Part shown: positions 9,912 to 18,240 of the stretch, one piece after another | How positions within the stretch are numbered: position 1 is the stretch's first letter | Layout: each line of letters begins with the position of its first letter | Assembly: GCA_045636945.1 (NCBI GenBank) | Contig: JAZTYO010000023.1 | Location: 14,485-78,484, forward strand | Origin: Acutalibacteraceae bacterium | GTDB lineage: Bacteria > Bacillota > Clostridia > Oscillospirales > Acutalibacteraceae | Direction of reading: 5' to 3' | DNA: 64,000 nucleotides | Notes under the pieces: generated by a model | What the model saw: the letters and a program-made list of their open reading frames with translations, nothing else | Database searches by the model: none | What the model was told of the DNA's origin: nothing | Translations under genes and position numbers: made by a program

Positions 9912-10353
9912 ATGTTTAAATAATTTGAAGCAAAAGCTGAACAGATTATTTTTCAGATGACCTTAAAAGAAAAGGTCGGACAGTTGAATCAGATAACTAT
10001 TACATCTTTTAAAGATGGTTTCGAGTTTTTGAAAAGTTTATCCGTGAGGGTAATGTTGGCTCGATTATACTCGCTTCTTCGGCAACAGCAGGTAATAACC
10101 CTCAGTGTCACGTTAATATGGAGTTTTATAATGAATTGCAAAAGATAGCAGTTGAAGAAATCCGAATGAAAATTCCTATGATTTACGGCCGCGACGTTAT
10201 CCACGGACACAGAACTGTTTATCCGTTACCGTTGGCTTCGGCAGCTGCTTTTAATGATGAAAAGGGTGAATATATTGTTGAAGCAGGGAGTTTTACGTTT
10301 TTGTCGGTGAAAACTGCCTGACCAAAAATCAGATAACCATTAAGGTTAAATGA
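9912..10353 (+). pseudogene. relic of a GH3 beta-glucosidase (BglX-like)
   Basis: MFK-stop-FEAKAEQIIFQMTLKEKVGQLNQ, then (shifted frame) IREGNVGSIILASS...IPMIYGRDVIHGHRTVYPLPLASAAAFN, joined directly to a C-terminal-like end GEYIVEAGSFTF(F)VGENCLTKNQITIKVK-stop. See the finding for the lesions. Confidence 0.7.
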
Positions 10354-10398
10354 GATATTTTTCATTAAGTATTTTCATAATATATCTCGGGTGAGATT

Positions 10399-11118
10399 AT
10401 GCTGAAAAGATTTTTGATTGGCGTTTTGTGCGTATGCTTTGTAGTCGCATGTTGCTTTTTTGTTGCTGATGAGGGTTATGTTATTCGAGGGTTGCTTTCA
10501 AACACCAATAATGATGCTGCTAAAACAATAATCATCGATGCAGGCCACGGCGGGTTTGACGGTGGTGCTGTGGCAAGCGACGGTACGATTGAAAAGGACT
10601 TGAATCTTTCCATTGCACTTAAACTTGATGCAGTTTTGAGAAGTATGGGGTATAAGACGGTTTTGGTCAGAAATTCCGATACTGCAACCAACGACCCTGC
10701 CGATGGTGAAAAAGCTAAGGTAAGCGATATAAAGAACCGTTTGAAATTGATGGATAAATATCCAAACAGTGTGTTCGTCAGCGTACATATGAACAAATAT
10801 TCCACAACTCAGCCCCACGGTGCACAGGTGTTTTATTCGAAGTCCTTAGGCTCCGAAAAACTTGCAGAATCGTTGCAAAATTCGGTTGCAACACACGTTC
10901 AGACCGATAACAAACGCGTGATAAAGCCAACCACCAAGGATATTTATCTTTTAAGTCACGCAACGGTGCCTTCGGTTATTGTTGAATGTGGATTTTTAAG
11001 TAATCCGAATGACTTGAATAATCTTAAGTTACAGGATTATCAGTTAAAACTTGCTGTAGCGTTGACATACGGCATAATTGATTATATAAAATCAGACGTT
11101 GAAATAGGAGAGTCGTAA
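10399..11118 (+). CDS. cwlD: N-acetylmuramoyl-L-alanine amidase, CwlD-like (germination-specific)
   Basis: 239 aa with an N-terminal TM anchor. Amidase_3 motifs IIIDAGHGGFDGGA, EKDLNL, FVSVHMN and ECGFLSN. Size and architecture match CwlD. Confidence 0.8.
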   Translation: MLKRFLIGVLCVCFVVACCFFVADEGYVIRGLLSNTNNDAAKTIIIDAGHGGFDGGAVASDGTIEKDLNLSIALKLDAVLRSMGYKTVLVRNSDTATNDPADGEKAKVSDIKNRLKLMDKYPNSVFVSVHMNKYSTTQPHGAQVFYSKSLGSEKLAESLQNSVATHVQTDNKRVIKPTTKDIYLLSHATVPSVIVECGFLSNPNDLNNLKLQDYQLKLAVALTYGIIDYIKSDVEIGES

Positions 11119-11119
11119 A

Positions 11120-12481
11120 ATGGCAAAATTGAAGACATCGTTTGTCTGTTCTTCTTGCGGATATTCGTCGCCTAAATGGTCGGGTCAGTGTCCTTCTTGT
11201 AGGGAATGGAACACGATGAATGAAGAAATTGAAACCAAAAGCAGTTCATCACCATCGTCAACCTTCAAAACAAAATTATCTTTTAACGTTTCTTCGGTGG
11301 CTGATATCAGCACAAGCGATGAACTGCGATATAATACGGGAATAGGGGAGCTTGACCGCGTTTTGGGCGGTGGTTTGGTTAAGGGCTCGGTTGTTCTCCT
11401 TTCGGGTGACCCCGGTATCGGAAAATCAACTCTTTTGATGCAGGCCTGCGGTACGTTTTCAAATGATAAAGCTGTTTTGTATGTATCGGGTGAGGAATCG
11501 GCAAAGCAGTTAAAACTGCGAGCAGAAAGGCTTGGTGTAAACTCCGATAAACTGTTTATTATGACCGAAACCGATGTTGAAACGGTTTGTGAGTACATTA
11601 AAAGTCAAAAACCCGAGGTTGTTATGATTGACTCGATTCAGACTATGAACCACGCTGAAATTCAGTCGTCACCGGGTAGCGTTACTCAGGTTAGAGAATG
11701 TACCAACCAGCTTTTGAGAACAGGAAAATCACTTGATATTCCGATAATTATTGTTGGTCACGTTAATAAGGACGGTGCCATTGCAGGTCCTAAGGTCATG
11801 GAGCATATCGTTGATGCCGTTCTGTATTTCGAGGGTGAGCGTAACTACTCTTACCGTATACTGCGTGCAGTTAAAAACCGTTTTGGTTCAACCAATGAGA
11901 TTGGCGTTTTTGAGATGAATGACATTGGTCTTTCTGAGGTTGAAAATCCTTCGGCAGCACTGCTTTCAGAACGTAATACCAACGTTTCTGGTAACTGTAT
12001 CTCCTGCGTTATGGAGGGCTCAAGACCGATTTTGGCCGAGGTTCAGAGCCTTGTGTGTGCTTCGGGCTTTGGCAATGCCCGCAGAATGGCAACAGGCTTT
12101 GATTTTAACCGAATGAGCCTTATTCTTGCTGTTTTGGAAAAGCGTTTCGGTTACAGATTCTCGGTTATGGATACCTACCTTAATATTGTAGGTGGCTTAA
12201 AATTGGACGAGCCTGCCGCCGACCTTTCGGTTGCTTTGGCACTCGTTTCAGGAATTACTGATAAACCTGTGCCTGACGATGCTGTGGCAATAGGGGAGAT
12301 TGGACTTTCGGGAGAGGTAAGGTCGGTATCACGTATTGGTGCAAGGATTTCCGAGGCTGCAAGACTTGGATTTTCAAAATGTATAGTACCTCGTTCCTGC
12401 CTTAAACAGATAAAAACCAAGGTGGATATTGAGGTTATCGGTGTTAGAAACCTACATGAGGCTATCGCAAACGTGTTTTAA
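11120..12481 (+). CDS. radA: DNA repair protein RadA
   Basis: N-terminal Zn ribbon CSSCGYSSPKWSGQCPSC, Walker A GDPGIGKST, KNRFG motif and a Lon-like C-terminal domain. Confidence 0.92.
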   Translation: MAKLKTSFVCSSCGYSSPKWSGQCPSCREWNTMNEEIETKSSSSPSSTFKTKLSFNVSSVADISTSDELRYNTGIGELDRVLGGGLVKGSVVLLSGDPGIGKSTLLMQACGTFSNDKAVLYVSGEESAKQLKLRAERLGVNSDKLFIMTETDVETVCEYIKSQKPEVVMIDSIQTMNHAEIQSSPGSVTQVRECTNQLLRTGKSLDIPIIIVGHVNKDGAIAGPKVMEHIVDAVLYFEGERNYSYRILRAVKNRFGSTNEIGVFEMNDIGLSEVENPSAALLSERNTNVSGNCISCVMEGSRPILAEVQSLVCASGFGNARRMATGFDFNRMSLILAVLEKRFGYRFSVMDTYLNIVGGLKLDEPAADLSVALALVSGITDKPVPDDAVAIGEIGLSGEVRSVSRIGARISEAARLGFSKCIVPRSCLKQIKTKVDIEVIGVRNLHEAIANVF

Positions 12482-12533
12482 TCGATTGATATTGACAATA
12501 ATTTGTGTAAATATACAAATATTTAAAAAACAC

Positions 12534-12562
12534 TTGCATTTTTATTCATTGGGTGTTATACT
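12534..12562 (+). promoter_or_regulatory. putative sigma-A promoter for the amino-acid ABC operon
   Basis: TTGCAT, 17-nt spacer, TATACT, about 45 nt upstream of the binding-protein start. Confidence 0.4.
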
Positions 12563-12606
12563 CTTTATACTAAAATGGTTGTTTAACCAAATGGAGGTAA
12601 ATAAAA

Positions 12607-13431
12607 ATGAAAAAGATTATTTCTTTAATTCTCGCTGTTGCAATGTTGTTTGCGGTTTGCGCACTCGCAGCTTGCGGTGGCAACGAAGATGACAACAAGA
12701 ACAACAGCACTCCCGCTTCTCAGACTGCTTCTACTGAAGAGAAGGTTGAGATTACAACCGTAACTCCCGGCAAGCTCACTATGGCTACTAACGCTTATTT
12801 CCAGCCCTATGAGTATTACGAGGGTGACAAGATCATCGGTATCGATGCAGAAATTGCTGAAGCTATCGCAAAGAAGCTCGGTCTTGAGCTTGTTATCAGC
12901 GATATGGCTTTCGATTCCATCATCACCGCTGTTAATCAGGGCTCTGCAGACTTCGGTCTTGCAGGTATGACCGTTACCAAGGACAGACTTAAAGAGGTTG
13001 ATTTTTCTATCAGCTACGCAAAGGGCGTTCAGTCCATCATCGTTAAGGAAGGCTCCAAGATTACTTCTTATGACGACCTTGCAGCAGATGGCGCAACCTA
13101 TAAGATTGGTGTTCAGCTTGGCACTACCGGTGACATCTATGCTTCTGACGAGTTCGGTGACAGAGTTAACACCTTCACTACCGGTAACGAGGCTGTAAAC
13201 GCTCTTATCGGCGGCGACGTTGATTGTGTTATCATTGATAACGAGCCTGCTAAGGCTTTCGTAGCTAACAACCAGGGTCTTAAGATTCTTGAGACTGCTT
13301 ACGCTGACGAGGACTATGCTGCTTGCATCAAGAAGGGCAACACTGCTCTTAAGAAGGCTATCGACGATGCTATCGTTGCACTTATTGCTGACGGCACCAT
13401 CAAGTCTATTGTTGACAAGTACATCAAGTAA
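12607..13431 (+). CDS. amino-acid ABC transporter substrate-binding lipoprotein
   Basis: Lipobox LAACGG. SBP_bac_3-type sequence (ATNAYFQPYEY..., GIDAEIA, GLAGMTVT). Followed by the cognate permease and ATPase genes. Confidence 0.85.
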   Translation: MKKIISLILAVAMLFAVCALAACGGNEDDNKNNSTPASQTASTEEKVEITTVTPGKLTMATNAYFQPYEYYEGDKIIGIDAEIAEAIAKKLGLELVISDMAFDSIITAVNQGSADFGLAGMTVTKDRLKEVDFSISYAKGVQSIIVKEGSKITSYDDLAADGATYKIGVQLGTTGDIYASDEFGDRVNTFTTGNEAVNALIGGDVDCVIIDNEPAKAFVANNQGLKILETAYADEDYAACIKKGNTALKKAIDDAIVALIADGTIKSIVDKYIK

Positions 13432-13469
13432 TCTCAGTAATATTTACTGACATTGTAATCATTGTTGTG

Positions 13470-13499
13470 AAACAGGAATGAGCAATCATTCCTGTTTTT
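13470..13499 (+). terminator. rho-independent terminator/attenuator after the binding-protein gene
   Basis: Stem aaacaggaatg / cattcctgttt followed by Ts, inside the operon. Confidence 0.7.
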
Positions 13500-13505
13500 A
13501 CACTT

Positions 13506-13781
13506 TAGCCAAAAGCATTTAAGCTTGAACCAGCCTTAAACGGCGGATTTAAGGTATCTTTTGGCTCTTTGTCGCACATAAGCGACAGCTTTATGTGCTC
13601 CGCATCACCAAAATCTATTCATAAAACCGCACGTTTAAGGTCGGAGAATTTTGTAACAAGAGTATTTTTGATGGTCGAGGCACAAAACGCAGTAAATCCT
13701 AACGGATTTACGAGTATTTTAACAAAGCCACAGCAGAAAATACTTGTTCCAAATTTGATTCAAGTTTAAACGCTTTGGCTA
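13506..13781 (+). other. 276-nt non-coding element closed by an imperfect 23/24-nt inverted repeat
   Basis: tagccaaaagcatttaagcttgaa (13506-13529) against the reverse complement of ttcaagtttaaacgctttggcta (13759-13781): 21 of 24 positions match. Internal hairpins are at 13571-13599 and about 13697-13716. No convincing ORF. Confidence 0.4.
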
Positions 13782-13793
13782 TGGAGAAGTGTA

Positions 13794-15194
13794 ATGAAAA
13801 AGTCTTTTAAAAAAAAGAAAATCATTGCTTTATGTGTTGCGCTTGTTTTGGTTTTGGCCTTAGCCGCAACAATAGTCATCAGTTTTATTCCTCAACGTGT
13901 GTCACGTGAAATCTCTGCTGATGAGGCTCAAAAGATTATAAGCAGCACCATCAAAGAGTTACCTCGTGATACTCTTGGCATTGCTATGCAGAAAACTGCC
14001 GACAGCCTTGATTTAACGGTAAACAGTGTTGAGTTTGGCTCTAATAAGGACGTTATTGTAGATTGTTCTTACAACGTTATTGATATCAAGACTCTGTATA
14101 ATACATACAAGGCAGAAATGTTCAATAAGGTTTGTCAGCAGTATTTCGACGATGCTGAAAGCGGTAATATGAGCAATGCAACTGCTTTGTCAATATCGCT
14201 TTTCACCGACGTTAACGAGTATATTTCAAATACAACCGAAATCAGTGGTAACGTTGTTGTTAAGATTTATGAAACAACTCAAGGACATTATACCGTATAT
14301 TTGAGTGATGAAACTGTTAACGCTCTGACCGGCGGCGGTTTTGATGTTTTGACCGACATCAAGGGTGTTACCAAGGTTGAGTACAACGGCATTGACGTTG
14401 ATATTACCAACAACAATACCATCCGTACTTCCATTGAATATCTATTTGGTTTTGACAATTACAGCTCTACCGAGCCTTCAACCGGTAATGCTGTTCGCAG
14501 ATGGTGTGTTGATTTCGCTGATGAGTTCGACCGCAACTTTATTCAGGATGACCATTGGATATACCTTGTTCAGGGCTTAGGAACAACCCTTGCCATTACC
14601 TGCCTTGCAGGGGTTATGGGTATTGTTCTCGGATTCTTGGTTGCTATCATTCGTTGTACCAATGAAACAACCGGCAAATTCTATATCGTTGACCGAATCT
14701 GCCGTTTGTATCTGACGGTTGTCCGCGGAACACCTGTAATGGTACAGTTGCTGATTATATACTTTGTAATATTGTTGCCGATAGGTTTGCCCAAGTTTGT
14801 ATCGGCGGTACTATGCTTCGGTCTTAATAGCGGTGCTTATGTTGCCGAAATCGTCCGTGGCGGTATTATGTCGGTTGATAAGGGTCAGATGGAGGCAGGT
14901 AGAAGCCTTGGCTTTAACTATGCACAGTCAATGGTTCATTTCATTGTACCGCAGGCCTTTAAGGCTGTTTTGCCGTCACTTGCCAACGAATTTATCACAC
15001 TGCTCAAAGAGTCCTCGGTTGCTTTCTATATCGGTGTTGCCGACCTTACTCAGGGTGGTTTGAAGATTCGTTCTTTGACCTACAGTAACTTTATGCCTTT
15101 GATTGCAGTAGCGATGGTTTATCTTGCAATTGTGCTTATTTTGACCAAGTTGGTTAGCCTGCTTGAGAGGAGGTTGAGGAAGAGTGACCACTGA
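13794..15194 (+). CDS. amino-acid ABC transporter permease (HisMQ/GlnP type) with a long N-terminal extracytoplasmic extension
   Basis: The C-terminal ~220 aa carry the polar amino-acid permease core ([11 protein letters not shown]-like motif). The N-terminal ~245 aa are one TM helix plus a soluble domain with no motif I recognise. Confidence 0.85.
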   Translation: MKKSFKKKKIIALCVALVLVLALAATIVISFIPQRVSREISADEAQKIISSTIKELPRDTLGIAMQKTADSLDLTVNSVEFGSNKDVIVDCSYNVIDIKTLYNTYKAEMFNKVCQQYFDDAESGNMSNATALSISLFTDVNEYISNTTEISGNVVVKIYETTQGHYTVYLSDETVNALTGGGFDVLTDIKGVTKVEYNGIDVDITNNNTIRTSIEYLFGFDNYSSTEPSTGNAVRRWCVDFADEFDRNFIQDDHWIYLVQGLGTTLAITCLAGVMGIVLGFLVAIIRCTNETTGKFYIVDRICRLYLTVVRGTPVMVQLLIIYFVILLPIGLPKFVSAVLCFGLNSGAYVAEIVRGGIMSVDKGQMEAGRSLGFNYAQSMVHFIVPQAFKAVLPSLANEFITLLKESSVAFYIGVADLTQGGLKIRSLTYSNFMPLIAVAMVYLAIVLILTKLVSLLERRLRKSDH

Positions 15195-15924
15195 TAATGT
15201 ACTTATCCGTGTCGAAGGATTGGAAAAATCCTTTGGCAAGGTTGATGTTTTAAAAGGCGTTAATGCTGAAATCAAAAAGGGTGACGTTATGGTGGTTATC
15301 GGACCTTCGGGTTCAGGTAAATCTACCTTCCTGCGTTGCCTCAACCGTCTTGAAGAGCCTACAGGCGGTCATATTTACTTCAATAACGTTGATATAACCG
15401 ATAAGAGGGTTAATATCAATATACACCGTCAGAAGATGGGTATGGTGTTCCAGCAGTTTAATCTGTTTCCTCATATGACCGTTCTTAAGAACATGACCAT
15501 CGGTCCTATGAAGCTTCTTGGAAAATCCAAGGAAGAAGCAGAGGAAAAGGCTATGGCTCTTTTAAAGCGAGTTGGACTTGCTGAAAGAGCTGATGCATAT
15601 TCGTCGCAGCTTTCGGGTGGACAGAAGCAGAGAATTGCCATTGTCAGAGCACTTTGTATGGACCCAGAGGTGCTTTTGTTTGACGAGCCGACCTCGGCAC
15701 TTGATCCCGAAATGGTTGGCGAGGTTCTTGAGGTTATGAAGGAGCTTGCGCGTGAGGGAATGACTATGGTTGTTGTCACTCACGAAATGGGCTTTGCCAA
15801 AGAAGTCGGTACAGACATAGTTTTCATAGATGAGGGTATAATAATCGAAGAAGCTCCGCCCGAGGAGTTCTTCCAGAACCCTAAAAATCCCCGTCTTCGC
15901 GATTTCCTTTCCAAAGTACTTTAA
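15184..15924 (+). CDS. amino-acid ABC transporter ATP-binding protein (GlnQ-like)
   Basis: GTG start overlapping the permease stop. Walker [18 protein letters not shown], Walker [12 protein letters not shown], and the C-terminal [18 protein letters not shown] typical of polar amino-acid ATPases. Confidence 0.9.
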   Translation: MTTDNVLIRVEGLEKSFGKVDVLKGVNAEIKKGDVMVVIGPSGSGKSTFLRCLNRLEEPTGGHIYFNNVDITDKRVNINIHRQKMGMVFQQFNLFPHMTVLKNMTIGPMKLLGKSKEEAEEKAMALLKRVGLAERADAYSSQLSGGQKQRIAIVRALCMDPEVLLFDEPTSALDPEMVGEVLEVMKELAREGMTMVVVTHEMGFAKEVGTDIVFIDEGIIIEEAPPEEFFQNPKNPRLRDFLSKVL

Positions 15925-15936
15925 TTTTTCATTTAT

Positions 15937-15973
15937 AAAAGCACACCGAACTTAGCTGTTCGATGTGCTTTTT
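15937..15973 (+). terminator. rho-independent terminator after the ABC ATPase gene
   Basis: Stem aaaagcacaccgaac / gttcgatgtgcttttt (one mismatch) with a T-run. Confidence 0.65.
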
Positions 15974-15995
15974 AGTTATGTGTTTTGTTGCGAGA

Positions 15996-16053
15996 AAAAA
16001 CAAAGCAGACACATCGTTTGATGCATCTGCTTTATTGGTGAGCTATCGGGGAT
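15996..16053 (-). repeat. 58-nt direct repeat, distal copy (tRNA-Lys 3' 18 nt plus terminator, no tRNA body)
   Basis: Identical to 16200-16257 except for one base (g16016 versus t16220). Confidence 0.85.
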
Positions 16054-16199
16054 AAATCCGCTTCGCGTATTTCGTGCTCGTCGACCGTTTGCTTTGCAAA
16101 CAGTACCCGACTCACACTTCGTCGCTAAAAACAGTTCACCGAACTGTTTTATTAACGCTCCTCACCCTCTCAGGGTTCGAATCCCCGTTTGATTTTTAT

Positions 16200-16257
16200 A
16201 AAAAACAAAGCAGACACATCTTTTGATGCATCTGCTTTATTGGTGAGCTATCGGGGA
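16200..16257 (-). repeat. 58-nt direct repeat, proximal copy (part of the intact tRNA-Lys and its terminator)
   Basis: Covers the terminator hairpin at 16201-16239 and tRNA positions from the T-loop to CCA (16240-16257). Confidence 0.85.
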
Positions 16258-16315
16258 TTCGAACCCCGGACACCTTGATTAAAAGTCAAGTGCTCTACCG
16301 ACTGAGCTAATAACT
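16240..16315 (-). tRNA. tRNA-Lys (anticodon UUU), CCA encoded
   Basis: Minus-strand read GAGTTATTAGCTCAGTCGGTAGAGCACTTGACTTTTAATCAAGGTGTCCGGGGTTCGAATCCCCGATAGCTCACCA. It folds as a cloverleaf with a 7-bp acceptor stem, D-loop AGCTCAGTCGGTAGAGC, anticodon loop CTTTTAA and T-arm GGTTCGAATCC. Confidence 0.92.
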
Positions 16316-16338
16316 CATCTCTTATTTGCGACTATGGT

Positions 16339-16367
16339 ATTATAGCAATAATTTACTCATTTGTCAA
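16339..16367 (-). promoter_or_regulatory. consensus sigma-A promoter for tRNA-Lys
   Basis: On the minus strand: TTGACA, 17-nt spacer, TATAAT, ending about 23 nt upstream of the mature tRNA 5' end. Confidence 0.6.
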
Positions 16368-16453
16368 CATATATTTTTAAGTTTTATTAATTTTATTTGT
16401 AGGTTTACAATAGATGTGTTACAGTTTTGAAAATAATTATAAAATACTGTTTA

Positions 16454-16482
16454 TTGACACAAAAATCTATACGATGTATAAT
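16454..16482 (+). promoter_or_regulatory. consensus sigma-A promoter for the ABC exporter operon
   Basis: TTGACA (16454-16459), 17-nt spacer, TATAAT (16477-16482), 34 nt upstream of the TTG start. Confidence 0.55.
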
Positions 16483-16515
16483 AAACTCAATGATATAAAC
16501 AGTTGAGGTGATTGT

Positions 16516-18240
16516 TTGAAAACCTTAATTAAATACTTAAAGCCTCGTTTTGGACGTATGTCGTGGATATTGGTCGTAAAGGCTTCGGGAACTATGGCAG
16601 AGCTTATGCTTCCATATATTTTGAGCCATATTCTTAAAAACGTCGTTGTCAGTGAGGATGTTAAAAAGATACTGCATTGGGGAGGTATAATGCTCCTTTT
16701 TGCAAGTGTTGCACTTATTTGTCATATTTACGCAAACCGTATGGCCGCAAGGGTTTCGAGGGATTTTTCCGAAGATGTCCGACGTGACCTTTTTGATAAA
16801 ACAATGCATTTATCTTCGGCTCAGACCGATAAGTTCACTATTGCATCGCTTGAATCAAGAATCACAACAGATACATATAACGTACATCATTTTGTGGGTA
16901 TGATTCAGAGAATGGGAGTAAGAGCACCTATTCTGCTTATTGGCGGTATTGTTATAACCTTGTTTATGGACAGTTTTTTGGCACTTGGTATGATTGTATT
17001 ATTGCCGTTCATTTTTGTTATTGTATATTTTATTTCAAGAAAAGGTGTTCCACTTTATACTAAGGTTCAGCAATCGGTTGATAAGATGATTCGCGTAGTC
17101 CGTGAGGACGTAATGGGTATACGCGTCATCAAAGCACTTTCAAAATCTGAATATGAGCATCGCAGATATGAGTCGGTCAACAGCAATCTTGTAAAGGATG
17201 AAACAAGAGCCGGTGTTATTATGGGTACAGTTAATCCAATAATGACTCTGCTTATGAATTTGGGTCTTGTATTGGTTGTTGCAATGAGTGCATCGCGTGT
17301 TGCAAACCATACCTCCGACACCGAAACGGTTATTGCGTTTATGCAGTATTTCACACAGATTTCGATGGCAATGATGACCTTAACAAGAATGTTTGTTATG
17401 TATACCAAGAGTTCGGCATCTGCCAAACGTATCGGTGAAGTTCTCAATTCCGAGGACGAGCTTTTGGAAAAGTCGGTTGAAGATTATCCCGATATTACTA
17501 CCGATAACCACATTGTTTTCAAAAATGTTTCATTTTCATATAACGGTAAAAAGAATGACCTTGAAAATATAGATTTTGCGCTTAAAAAGGGACAGTCTTT
17601 GGGTATTATCGGTGCTACGGGTAGCGGTAAATCTACCATTATCCGTCTGCTTTTGAGATTTTACGACACTACCGAAGGAGGTATCTATATAAACGGTCGT
17701 GACGTCAGAACAATCGAGCGAAAAGAGCTTTATTCGCATTTTGGAACTGCTTTGCAGAACGATTTTCTGTATGCGGATACCATAGAAGAAAACATTAGAT
17801 TCGGTCGTGATATTTCTAAAGAACAGATTGTTTCTGCCGCAAAAATCGCTCAGGCTGACGGATTTATCAACGAATTCACCGAAGGCTATGACCATTTACT
17901 GTCACCCAAAGGCACAAATATTTCAGGAGGCCAGAAGCAGAGAGTGTTTATTTCTCGTGCTATCGCAGGTAATCCCGAAATCCTTGTACTTGACGACAGC
18001 ACGTCGGCACTTGATTACCGTACCGAACTGATGCTTCGAAATGCATTGAATGAGAACTTCAATGACACGACTATAATTACGGTTGCACAAAGAGTCAGTG
18101 CCGTTAAAAACTGTGACCTTATACTCGTTATAGATAACGGTAAGATTATCGGTAGCGGTACACACGATGAACTGATGAATTCTTGCCCTGAATATGAGGA
18201 AATCAGCAACTCTCAAATGGGAGGTGCCTTCGTTGAATAA
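16516..18240 (+). CDS. ABC exporter permease/ATPase, heterodimer subunit with the degenerate nucleotide site
   Basis: 574 aa: 6-TM domain plus NBD. Walker A GATGSGKST and signature ISGGQKQR are canonical. Walker B is ILVLDDSTS (Asp in place of the catalytic Glu) and the H-loop is VAQRVS (Gln in place of His). TTG start. Confidence 0.85.
   Translation: MKTLIKYLKPRFGRMSWILVVKASGTMAELMLPYILSHILKNVVVSEDVKKILHWGGIMLLFASVALICHIYANRMAARVSRDFSEDVRRDLFDKTMHLSSAQTDKFTIASLESRITTDTYNVHHFVGMIQRMGVRAPILLIGGIVITLFMDSFLALGMIVLLPFIFVIVYFISRKGVPLYTKVQQSVDKMIRVVREDVMGIRVIKALSKSEYEHRRYESVNSNLVKDETRAGVIMGTVNPIMTLLMNLGLVLVVAMSASRVANHTSDTETVIAFMQYFTQISMAMMTLTRMFVMYTKSSASAKRIGEVLNSEDELLEKSVEDYPDITTDNHIVFKNVSFSYNGKKNDLENIDFALKKGQSLGIIGATGSGKSTIIRLLLRFYDTTEGGIYINGRDVRTIERKELYSHFGTALQNDFLYADTIEENIRFGRDISKEQIVSAAKIAQADGFINEFTEGYDHLLSPKGTNISGGQKQRVFISRAIAGNPEILVLDDSTSALDYRTELMLRNALNENFNDTTIITVAQRVSAVKNCDLILVIDNGKIIGSGTHDELMNSCPEYEEISNSQMGGAFVE

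Noticed and set aside
9957-10321. Two small ORFs (63 aa and 67 aa) listed by the ORF track as separate genes.
   Set aside because: Both are fragments of one decayed GH3 beta-glucosidase gene, which is reported as a pseudogene instead.
12482-12606. A T-box or amino-acid riboswitch leader upstream of the amino-acid ABC operon.
   Set aside because: The region is only 125 nt. It contains a promoter-like TTGCAT-17-TATACT and an RBS. It has no specifier-loop or T-box sequence and no terminator/antiterminator pair.
13569-13769. A 66-aa ORF in the spacer between the ABC binding-protein and permease genes.
   Set aside because: It starts at a TTG with no Shine-Dalgarno sequence, and its sequence is not protein-like. 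The region is better explained by RNA hairpins and an inverted repeat.
16054-16199. The insert between the tRNA-Lys repeats read as a second tRNA, a tmRNA or a group I intron.
   Set aside because: It contains only an isolated T-arm-like 15-mer, in inverted orientation. It has no D-arm, anticodon arm or acceptor pairing, and it is too short and lacks the P-helices expected of an intron or the tag-ORF of a tmRNA. It is reported instead as part of the repeat/att-like scar finding.
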